Assembly (NCBI RefSeq): GCF_964355755.1 | Contig: NC_092679.1 | Span: 20,691,432-20,755,431, forward strand | DNA: 64,000 nt | Direction: 5' to 3' | Source: Antedon mediterranea | Lineage: Eukaryota; Animalia; Echinodermata | Part shown: piece after piece, positions 38,901-50,900 of the stretch | How positions within the stretch are numbered: the first letter of the stretch is position 1 | Layout: every line of letters begins with the position of its first letter | Translations under genes and position numbers: made by a program | The notes under the pieces: model-generated | What the model was told of the DNA's origin: nothing | Database searches by the model: none | What the model saw: only the letters and a program-made list of their open reading frames with translations

Positions 38901-41900
38901 AAACGGTTGTAATTGATTAAAATATTCACTCTTCTGTTAACTAAAGTCAAAGTTTAGTAATGTCTTAAGTACCAGATAGACTTTCGTCATCAGTGCTTCT
39001 ATGAATGGATGACTAGTTGGGAGCAGGAACGCTAGTTGGTCATACCAGGTAGCGTTTTGATTTTACGATCATTGCTTTAATTATCAAACACAGTCAATTA
39101 ATTTTAACTTACATTATCTGTACAGATGACCCCACATTTCCATATTATATATTTAAAGTCAACTGATTTCATTCTAATGAAGAAAAACAAATAAATATTA
39201 AATAATTTGCTTTACACCACTTTGAAAAGAACGCAATTAGGAAGGCTGTAGTAGTTATTGGTTTGTTGTTACATCTGCCAAGGAGGTAATATGTTTTCAT
39301 GCGCGTGTGTTTGTTTCTTTCTTGCTTTATTTGTTAGCAGGATTACTCAAAAAATTATTCCTTAATTTTCATAAGATTTTAAAAGATGGTGTCATAGCTG
39401 TATGGGAACACTTACAATGAAGCCAAAAAGCCATCCTTATCCGATTGTTTATCTTCTTCTAATCCCAGCACAGATTTTAATTTGTCCTCACCAACACTGT
39501 CTGCATACTTCTTTAAAACCTAACAAATAAAGAAAAATAAACATAAAATACCAAAAATACATGTTAAGTTTACGTTACTGTATATGCCATTATTTTTTGC
39601 ATACAGAATTTGTCTCGATTTACCACTTACTTGACCTTTTTCGCGTGTTGATATTTTCGTGGACGCCATTTTGATATATAAACCAAGTGATACCCACCTT
39701 TCTCTTGACAAACTTATCCCAGTAGTTTTCCGGGAATGATGGCGCACTGATGGCTAATTTATCCCAGTGGCCCATGATGTCATCCGTTGACGGCTGCTCT
39801 ACTATCCACATTCCATCAAATTCCAGCTTCCTTGCTACTTCTTTCTCTCTCTTAAAAATTGCTAGAGGCATCTACAAATATAATAATTGATAGATCTTAT
39901 TTTAATAATTTGATATTAAAAATATTTCAGTGTGCTTATTATACCAGCTATACTGCGTTGAAACACCGATCATTGAAGTTAAGTAACGTTGAGCCCGGTT
40001 GCGTTCTGGATTGGAGACCGTCTAGAAATAGTGGTGGGTGCTGTATATACACCAGAGAGTGATGATGTAATGATGTCGGACTAGCATGTGATAGGCATGA
40101 GTTCCAGAATAATACATTTAACATTTTTATTACCTCTTCCTGTTTGTTTGTCAGTGTACAAATTAAATATATTAATCATAAACATATGAAAGATTGAAAA
40201 ACAATAATTTGAATAAAATACCTTTAGAGCACAGTATGCCAGCAACATTGACAACGATGCTAGCGTGTGTAAAATACAAATCATCTGCAGGAAGGGATCA
40301 ACATACCACCATCCTTCAGCTATTGTTATCACCTCTGGTAGTTCAACGTCTTCTTCAAGGCTTTCTGTGGTGCCATTGGTGAGGGTACCATTGACATCAA
40401 CTTCACTAGTGCCTTCAAGGCCATCATCTTCCCCTACTTCGATGTTTGTAGCCTAGAAATGAAAGTAAATGTAAAATATGTCTAAAAAGAGTTGGTGTAA
40501 ACTAAAACAATGCTGAAACGAAAATACAAACAAACTTGACACACTTACTCTGAACAGCAGCAATAAAAAGTTGATTGTGAAGGCTAACGTCAGGGAAATG
40601 TATTTTAAGTTGTAGAAGTTACGGGCAAAGAAACTCTGAGAAGATAATAATTAAAAATAATGAAAGATGGCAGTTCAAAATATATAATATTCATCCTTAA
40701 GCTCTGTCTACACTATCAAACTTTAATGTAAACAAAAAAGTGTTGTGCCAATATTTGGACATGATGATGTCATATCATGACCACACTAGGCCATATCACT
40801 ACCATATTTGGGCACATCACACTTTTTTTGTCAAACTAGTTTGATAGTGTAGACAGAGCTTTACAAAACCTGTATATGATTTCTAAAAATCTCCAAATAA
40901 GTAAACTTACCAAAACAGTTTGTTTGATGTTTGACAATCCTGGTCTAATTTCTTCTTCCTCTTCCTCATCCTCCATATTTTGACCTTGTTCTGCTGCCAT
41001 AAAGTAACTGAAAGAGATAAGAAATAATAAATAAAAGAGGAATCCAAAAAAGGATATGAGATTGATGATGTGTCACAACATTTTTCATAACACAAGACTG
41101 TATTAGTCTGCAACTAGCAGTTTCGCAGATTCAAACCACCACCAGACCACTTTATGTTTTATTTCACTTAAGCATTCCTATCTTGACTTAAGCAAAAAGA
41201 TTGATAAATTCAAGCCCTGATGAGTACCTTGGAAAGACTGTACTGCCTCTTCTGTCTAATCCATTACCCATCTGTGTACCATGACCATTCTATGAATATA
41301 ACAAATAAAACTCCATTGTTGATGATTAAAAGACAAAAAAGTGAATATATACTGTACTGTATTGTAACAGACTATTCCATTATATAATATGGGTAATTTC
41401 AAGTTACAGTGGAATACAATATTTTATCCATGTAACTAAAAAACAACAAAAGTCTCGACTTGATTTACCTGTATTGGTGGTGCATCAGTAGCATCCGGTG
41501 TCGTTGGTGGCGATTCTGTTTTACTAAAATCAAAGCTCGGGCTAGATGAAGCTTTTCGTTTTTTGCCACGGAAATGAAGCATGGTTTGACCAGATTCGCT
41601 TTCCTTACGTCGTCCAATATCTATACCAAATGCCGACAAGTTGGAGTTTCTATAATAGATAAGAAAATAATTTTAAAAATTTACTTGTCTGTAAAATGTA
41701 GACCCCATAGTTAAATGAAACAGCCCAATCACAAGCCTACTGTCATATGGCAGAAAATACATTATACTATTATTATTAATACAATACACCCCTATTTTTA
41801 CAAATGAAATAACCCATTAGAAAGTCTGGCGCCAAATGGCACACAATCCAGACTGTAAAAAAATGTGACTTGAATGCGAATTTTACATTGCCATATTTGG

Positions 41901-44900
41901 AAGTTAAAAACATCCTTACGCATTTGCCGCAGGAGACGGTGCTGATGCCATGCCTAGGGCTTGTTGTCGTGCCAGTGTCGGGACTTTCAGCCGATCAACT
42001 TGTATTAAGGGAACAGCAAGTGATGCTTGTTCTGTTTTGTTGCCTACTACGAGCTGAAATATTGATCTGAAAAACACATTAAAAACATAGTTTGTAATGT
42101 TACAACGCAAAAAAGGGGCGTTGGACCAACAATAAGATATAGTATACTATATAATAATAAAAAATGCAATAAAAAAAAACAAAAAACATTTCCAAGACAT
42201 CATCAAATTAGTATAGTAAAATCATCCTTTATTTCAAATGAAAAAACATTCCAGGTCACAGCTTGGAAGACCAAGCATATGCAGGGCAAAATAAGACAAC
42301 AAATACAAAACACTAAATAAAAAAACTAAGTAGAAATAGTAGAAAACACATCCAAAAGGCATAAAATTAAGATTGCTATAAAAAAAAAGTTATCCTTTAA
42401 TCGAGATTATCATTATTACTATAGTAATAACTATTTCGTCCAGAGAGGAAACCCGGCCCAGGGTCCTCATTTGTATGGATGCATGTAATAGCAAAACTTT
42501 TGTACAAAGAATAAACGTTTAAAAGCTAGCCTTTAATAGACTACATTATATTATTATGGTAAAATAAAGTAACAATAGGTATGCTTACAATCCCAGTCGA
42601 AGTCCGATAGAACCCAATTTCCACAACAAGTAGAAAACGACCTTAAACAAAGTCTTGGCAATTCCAAACAAGGTAATAGTTCGTAGGTTCTTAATGTCAT
42701 ATTCAGAATTCTGCCATGTCTCCTTAATATTGCCGATCAGATTTGATGGTGACAAATTACGTAATACTGTGCCAACAACTCCTCTGCAAAATAAAATCAA
42801 AACAAATAATTTACAGTTTTTCTACACAGTAAAGTTAATGTTAATATATTTAACACTGTGGACTTATGTCAAAACTTTTCAACTACATGTTTCTCTCCTA
42901 AGGGTCATGTGATGTCGGTACTGCCAACTACGACCCCATTTCTACAATCACTTATCCAGGTATAAGTAACATAAGTGTACACTTATCACAGTAGAATAAA
43001 TTACAATAATTTTATAATTTAGAACTATACACTTACTGGGACTCTTTCCCTCGTGCAAATAACTTGCCAAGACTTTCGGTCAAGCCTTCGCTATCATCAC
43101 TAATGCTTGCTGCATGTTGCATCTAAAAAATTTAAAAAAAGTTCAAATAAAAAATGTGGTAAAACTGAAGATTCGGATATGCTTGTGAGGAAAAACATTT
43201 CATTGTTTATATAGAAAATATTTCCATTTAGGTTTACAACAAAAGAAACGTTTTGAACCTCAAAAATTGTTTCTTCACAGAAATTGACAAAATCTTCCAG
43301 TTTTTCTTTTTCACCTCCTTCATTCACTACATCATGCAAGAATTGACGTTTAGATTCCTGAGATAAAAATAAAATAACAAATAATTACTTTGGTGTAAAA
43401 GGTGAATAAGAATACTACACTATACACTTTTTATTTTTATTATTGTTATTTGTTGTTGTATTGTTTTTATATACCTTGATTTGTGGTTTTTCCCACTGTT
43501 CCTTGTAAGAGTCCTTTATTTCAAAATAGACACGTTCAATTCTCCTGCTGCTCCCTGCAGACATCAATTGGAAACAGACGAATATTAGGAATACAAAATT
43601 AAAGATTGATTGATATAATATCAAACCTGTGTATAAAATTCTTTATATCAAACCAATGGTAACCAATACGAAAATAGATGGCAAATACCTTGTTGGTTTT
43701 GTTATTCCTTACACAAACAACTTCTTTAGAAGGTTTTTTTTTTCCAACTCAACATTTCAAAGATAGTTTATTTACTTGTTTACTACTGTATATAGTTTTA
43801 ATGTATTGTATTGATATTTTTAATGTTTTATATATTGTATGTGTTTTTAAGCATCTAAGGAAAACCAATTTCATGTTCGCCTGGTTGTGTTCATGACAAT
43901 AAAGATTTATCTTAAATTATCTTATCTTAATTGGTTTGATATAAAGAATTTTATAAATTTATTTGTAATTACAAACCAGACAAACATTTAATCAAAGATC
44001 AAACCTGTCCAGAAAAAGTTAATCCTTTTGCATACGTACCCATGATTTCAATACGTCCTAGGCAGGGTTCAAAGTGCGTGAGCACGCTCTCTGCTACCTG
44101 CATGAATCGCTGTAGTCTGGTGTCACTCGGCATGTGCTCAGATAAATTGGTCAACAAAACAGCAAGATTAAAACCTTAAATAAAGTAGAAAGCTTAAACA
44201 TTGCAGACATTTAAAGAGTCTTAAAACTACTATCAATAATGCTTGTAATGAAGAAGGGTTATTTACCCAAAAGCTCTGCAACTTCTTTCTGGCTGTTTTA
44301 CTTAATCGTTTTGATTTAGCTTTTTGCTTATTTTATTTTGTATCTCCATTGAGATCCAGCCACTGATACTCACTCATTTTTTCAGTAATTTGCCTTTTGA
44401 TTTACAAAACACAGCTTTTAAGGCTATTGTTTTGAGACAAGGTGCTCAAATGAATTGGACAAATTCAGAGATTTACATGTGTGAAAAACATGAGTATAGT
44501 ACAAATGTTTATTATTTACCAATGTCTTTTGCTGGGCCGTGGAATCGCTCTGTGAATTCCTTAAAGTCAATTTTACCGTCATTGTTAGTGTCTGCACACT
44601 TCAGTAGATAGGATATCTCCTCCCTATAAAAATTATTTTGATTTTCATTAGTATTACATAAAACAATTATTACACAAGCAACTTCATAAATCCCATCAAA
44701 TACAATTTGACAATAAATAAGAATTACTTACGATGTGTACATTTTCTGAGATTCCATCGCTTTCTGAAATTCTTTCTGAGAAATCCATCCATCTCCATTA
44801 ATATCATATTCCTGCAAAAACCATGTTTTTATTTATTTTATCCTTTTTATTATTCTTATTTATACACAAGCCTTCAGGATGTGAAAAAATAGAAGTGTCC

Positions 44901-47900
44901 CTTTAATAGAGGTTTCCCCTGAAAAGGATTTGGTCATTGTGGTAAAACATATAGCCTCTTGTTTGTTTCTCTTAATAAGTGTGTTCAAAGAATGCTTCTT
45001 TTAAGTTATATCTAATCATTTATAAAACACACAATTGAACTTACAGCAAATGCATCTGCAGCTTCTACATCTTTCAATTTCAAGAACATGTCAAAGAATT
45101 TCAGTAGCATCTAAAGACAAAAAAATGGTTATGCAAGACTATACAAAACTATAAAATCATACTTTTTCTTGTATAAAAATTAGAAAATAGACCTCTATTG
45201 CATTGCTGTAGGTCTATAGTATGAACAAACTGAAACCTAACACAGTTGGGTATTACAATACAATATTGTACCACCAGAATTAAAACAAGGTTGACATTTT
45301 TACCTCCACATTCTGTGACGAATCCACAAGAGTATCAACCATCTGTTTTCCAGTTGTTCCATTCATAACATTACCTATAAAATTGGAGTAACAGTGGGGA
45401 TGTAACAATTGTAACAATAGAAGCAGCTTTTTAGTTTGGACCTTTTTACCTATTATTTGCTCGAGGTAAAGCATGTAACTTTTGGCAAAAAATTAATATT
45501 CTAATATTCAATTACTGTCATACTGTGAAGCTAAGATTTACTTCTAAGCTAAAAAGTAGTAGAAGTACAGTAGTGTAGTACTAATAATGTACAGATCTCT
45601 TAAAACATTTATTTTTTTTCCTACCTTCCAGCATACTGAGCAGCAAGACCACCATCTCCTTCTGCAAGTTCAGCAGCTCACGTAGCAACTCCAACTGACT
45701 GGCATCTTGAGATAGCTTCTTCTGCAGATGCGCGAACACATGAAGAAACCCTCCAATGGCATCCCAAAGACGACTATGTGCTAAGGCTAGTTGATTTCCC
45801 GAGCACGGACCCTTAAAGAATGAATTGTTTCTGAATTTGTTATGTGTTTCCATAATTATTTATAGGAACAGATTACAAAATTGAAATTTAGAAAAATATG
45901 TCATACCTGTATATATTCAGTTAGTGTTCTGAAAACTTGTTTGGCGACTCGAATGGCGCGTGAGAAGTTTTCTCGTCCCTTAAAAGACAAAAAATAGTAT
46001 TAAATTTGTTTTTGTTTTACTTGGACTTAATTTTCTACAAAGATAAGGAAACAATTTTTAAAATAAAATTTTCTATATCAAGATTTAACATGCAAGGTAA
46101 TTTGATGAACAAATGTAATACCTGAATATCAACAACTTCTTTCCTTGAATAATGCCAATAAAAGTCACTGATAGACTCCTAAATGGAAACAAAATATAAT
46201 TAAAAACTTGTTTAAAAACTAAAATACATAACAAAAATGTGAATTCTCCTTTCAAGTAATGTCAAAAACAGTAAGCATAACCAATTCGTCCAAACTTATA
46301 AATTATATTAATACATGATTACAAGACCTAACCTGTAGCCGAAGTAGATAGTCTACAGTGCAAATGATGATGTTTACAGTTGTATGATTTCCAGATTGGG
46401 TTCGCAGATAATTCTGAAAAGCTGTAAAAGAATGATAATAGTCATGCTTTTTATGCTTAAATAAGATTACAATGAATCTTATTTACTACCCAGGCATGAG
46501 TGAAAGGAACAATAATCTTTTCTTGGGGGAAGTGGGGAGGGATGAATCATGCATAAAAGAGGGCACTCAGGCTAAAAAACTTGAGAAACTTTAGGTAAGG
46601 AATTAGAGTATGATCTTTACTTACCAGCATTATGGCCTTCACAAAGCAGTTGGAGAAATCGGAATAAAGCACATGTAATGGGCGCATCATGTAGTGCTTG
46701 CTCTCCTAAAAACATATCATTAAATAAGGACGTATGAACAAGTGATATTTAATAACAAATTAAGATATGTGGACAAAACAACAGCATGAGGTGAAAGAAA
46801 AGTAGACAAACCTGGCACAAGGTCTTTCTTCAAAATTTACAATGTATCTACGTTCTTTTAATTTAATTGTGTACACACATATATATTTAATTGCATACTT
46901 AATTACCGTTTTGATTACGATCAATCGGGAAATTACCTCACGACGTTATAAAATGATAATAGCATACATAAGCACAAGACTTCTTTAAGCAGCAAATACA
47001 TACATTCAATGTATATTTAAAGTATAGCACAGAGTGTACAAATGTTATAGCTTATAGTACATGAAGAAGATTAAACATATACAAAGTGAATGCTTTTCTA
47101 TTCCTTAATTCATGACATGATATATTTTTAGCAATAGCAATGTGAAAATGGTATGATGTGGCTAGGCTGCTATGCAGTGTGACTGTGATACCAATTTATG
47201 TTGACATTACATAGAAAAATATCTATAAACTCATTTCTGAAAACAAGAGAGTATATTGTGATAGTACAAAGAATGCTTTGAAGGTAAAAAAGAATGTAAA
47301 GAATTAGTGTAGAAAAATTAATAGAAAAAAACATAAAAGCGAGTTGCTATAGAAATTCATGCATTTTATTAATTTTCATAGTGTTAAAAGAGTGAACATT
47401 TTATCAAAGTTAACCCCTACCTGCTATAGGACCATTTTCATCTGTGTTGAAGGGAGAAAATAAAAAAAATCATGCAGGTTATAATTTCATGCTTCACTGA
47501 ACACACTGAATGCACTACTTAAACACACAAAATAAAATTTGCATAATCATTTTAATATTTACATCATGGTACAGTAGTTTGTGCATTTTCATACATTTAT
47601 TTTATAGTAGCACATAAGCAGCACATTTTTTTCCCTCCAAAAACAAAAACGACTGTACACACTAAAAGTTTGTGTTTCAGAAAAACAAAAATTCAGTTGA
47701 ATTTATTTGGATTCAACGTGAACGTGCACAATTTCCAGAAATGTTTCAATTTACATAAAAAAGTAAAAGATGATTGTGTATTACAATAATAATATATAAT
47801 AATAATAATAATTTTCTCATAATCCAAGGAATGTGACACATGTCATAGGTCAATATGACAAATGCCAAAATAGGTAAAAAAAAAAATACTTTCTAAACAA

Positions 47901-50900
47901 AAATAATACTTCATGAAAATGTGACAGACAAAGTTTTTCACAACAACAATGTTTTACCCAAAAAAATGCGATCAATAAAAAAAAACACTAAAGTAATTTA
48001 AAAAAATGATAAAATGTCAGACCTATTTACTAACAATTTTCACATCAAATTTTAAAATGGGAATCCGCAAACAAAACTACTGCAAGGAAAGGTCAAAGGT
48101 GATCGGGTAAAAAAGTTATTGTTCTAAGAATGTAAACTAATTGTCTATGAGAGGACAAATGTCGGAAAAAATAAACTATATTAAAAGTAATTTCGGTTGT
48201 GTAAAAACTTGGTTTATATACTGTATTTGATGTTTATTGATGTTAACGATTTAAACATCCTTACCCGATTATTTTTTATTAAAGAATATTTATTGGGTAT
48301 CTTAGAGGTTCTCAATCATATGATAAATGTATATTTAATTTTAAATACATATTATTATAGGCCAACTCACCAGCACTATCACCGAATCCACCACCTAAAC
48401 TCTTGGCCTTGTTATATCGTTCATAGGCCTCTAAATCCAACACACTAAAACAAAAAAAAATCAAGTTAATATGTTGCACTTAATATACAGTAGTAATCGT
48501 AACGTAACCAGACAACCAGGAAGACTGGATAAACCAAATAAAAAAAGATTTAAAAGACAACAAATGTAAATTTAGCACAATAACAAACCATCCTGCCCAA
48601 AACAGAAAAATATGGAAACAAATCGTGGAAAGTGTAATTTTGTAATGACAGAAACGTTTTAAGAGAGGAGTTGTAGTTTTAGCCTCTTGAATTGTGAGGT
48701 TGCCACTCCAATCTCATGCTGGACACTTGTGGCTTGACTGGGCAAACATTTGCACAGCTTCTCTTTCACCACAGTATGTTAAAAATGTTACCTGGAAGAC
48801 TCCATAATTCCTGCCAAACTAGTGAAAAATCCAACATCCATCTTGTCTTGTAAATGAGCCAACATATTCTAATAGAAATACAAAAATACATTATTATACA
48901 TTACTACCAGAAAAATAGTTCATCATCATTTGCAGGTTCATCTTTGTCAACATAGCGCTCTCAATTATTTGTCTCACTTGTCAATGTCAGTGTAGTTGAT
49001 ATTCAACTCATTTAATTGTTGTTGAATCAGTTTCAACCATGTAAGCAGGGCCGTAGCCAGGATCTGTCAAGGGGGGGTTCGCACACACAAGTATTTGGGT
49101 CACCCCCACCCCCATACCCCTGGGGTGGGGTCTGAGGCGAAGCAAATTTTGTTAAATGACACCCCTAGATGGCCGGAAAAGACACTCTCATGCAGCATGC
49201 TACCAATGAGCAAAACGATCGTACTTGGACTTGTGGACTATTTAAACGATAACATTTGTTGCCGTATGTTAGATGCGCGTGCTCTGTGCGGAACCGCCGA
49301 TTGTTTGATCATTTACTCGATATTTTGTTTTGCGTTCAAGTTCAATGCGAACGTACATCTAGGAGAAGCCCCGAAAAAAGCACACTGGGTGAAGGCAAAT
49401 GCAATTCTTATTATAGCTCTATCTATAATATTTATTTACAGCAATTTGTTGAGGAAATTAAATATGCCAATGTAAATAGGTGATATTGATACATTTGAGT
49501 ACGTATCGGCTGGTGGTCTAGAAAAAAATAATCGGATGCCATAATGTGAACTACAGTACATACCATAGATATTATAGTGTAAAATATTAATATTCACTAT
49601 AATCTTCTATGATACATTATACTTCATAGCCACACATAAATACTGATGTATGTCAGAAGCCTATATACTTTATGCATGCTGCCTGACTGCCAGTGATCTA
49701 AACAATTGGTACGCAGTTGTCTGGCGGTGTCCTTTGTACGAATCGTTCGTCCCCCAGCTCGCTGTGAGACACGTCAATATCATGTTACATGCAGGGACCA
49801 AACATTTATTTTTCAGGTGAAAATCGGCAATTCATTTGCAACTCTGTACTGTACTGTATGAGTTATTCCGAACAAGTTTACGAATTTTTTAATTTACGAA
49901 CAACTTTTTGTACTGTGGGGCACGTATTTGGACGATTTTCGGAGATGAGGGTGAGGTATTGGGCATGTCGGGGATGGGGGTTTGCAGTCGGTTAAGGGGG
50001 ATTCGCTGTAAAGGGGGGGTTCGCCCGAACCATAAAAACCCCCCTGGCTACGGGCCTGGTAAGGTTGGGCCTTTCCCTAGCGAGTTATGCATTACCATAA
50101 ACAGTTTGAAAATAAGCGAACAACGTGTGCTTACCTCCTGAACGGTTACGTTTCCTCCACGTAAAAGTGAGATGCCAAGATTCAACGTTTCTCTTACTCT
50201 CGAACATGCATTGCCTTGGCTAGCAGTGATATTGAGCAAGACCATTTCCGAGACTTGTCTGTCGGCCAGACGACCCTGTTCTGATAACAGTTTTTGTTTT
50301 GCTGTTTCTTGTTCCTAAAAAGCATGAAATAATGTTGTTTTAAATGTGTTTAATAAAGTAACTAATTGTTAGTGGAATGAAGAAATATAAAATCTAAGAT
50401 GATGAAATAAACCTCACCTGAAAAGACACCCCTGGTCCGTCATCTTCATCATCATCATCCTCATCATCGCCACTACAACTCTAAAAAACAAAATATATAA
50501 GCCATATCTTATTATACTGACATAAATTCAGATATCTATTTTAAAAATTGATGAATATAAAATATTAAGTACATTTTAAAACACACTCACCTTGCTCATT
50601 ATCTCAGCATATGCCAGGTAAAGATCATCTTCTTCTAGAGCACTATGGACAGAAAGATACAAACTTTTATTTATTATTTTATGTATTATTAAATTTTTAA
50701 TTACAAATCACAATATCAATTATAATAGACACGAACACATATTTGTATACAATCTCAACATTTTGTAATATTTCACTATTTTTTTAAAACTTACTCTTGG
50801 TGGAGGCTAGCAGCCCGGCAGAAGGTCATCACCAACTGCTGCAAAGGATCTCGAAAGTTTTCTTCTTCTAAGTCATCTAGTTCCTCTTTCTGCAAACACA

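Noticed and set aside
38975-39000. Hammerhead-like ctgatga-c-gaaa on the minus strand (and ctgaaga motif at ~56215)
   Set aside because: Stem II or the second half of the core is missing, so it cannot be supported as a ribozyme.
49095-50141. ORFs of 68-126 aa as a transposase
   Set aside because: They lie within the 1-kb non-autonomous element and show no DDE or zinc-finger motifs.
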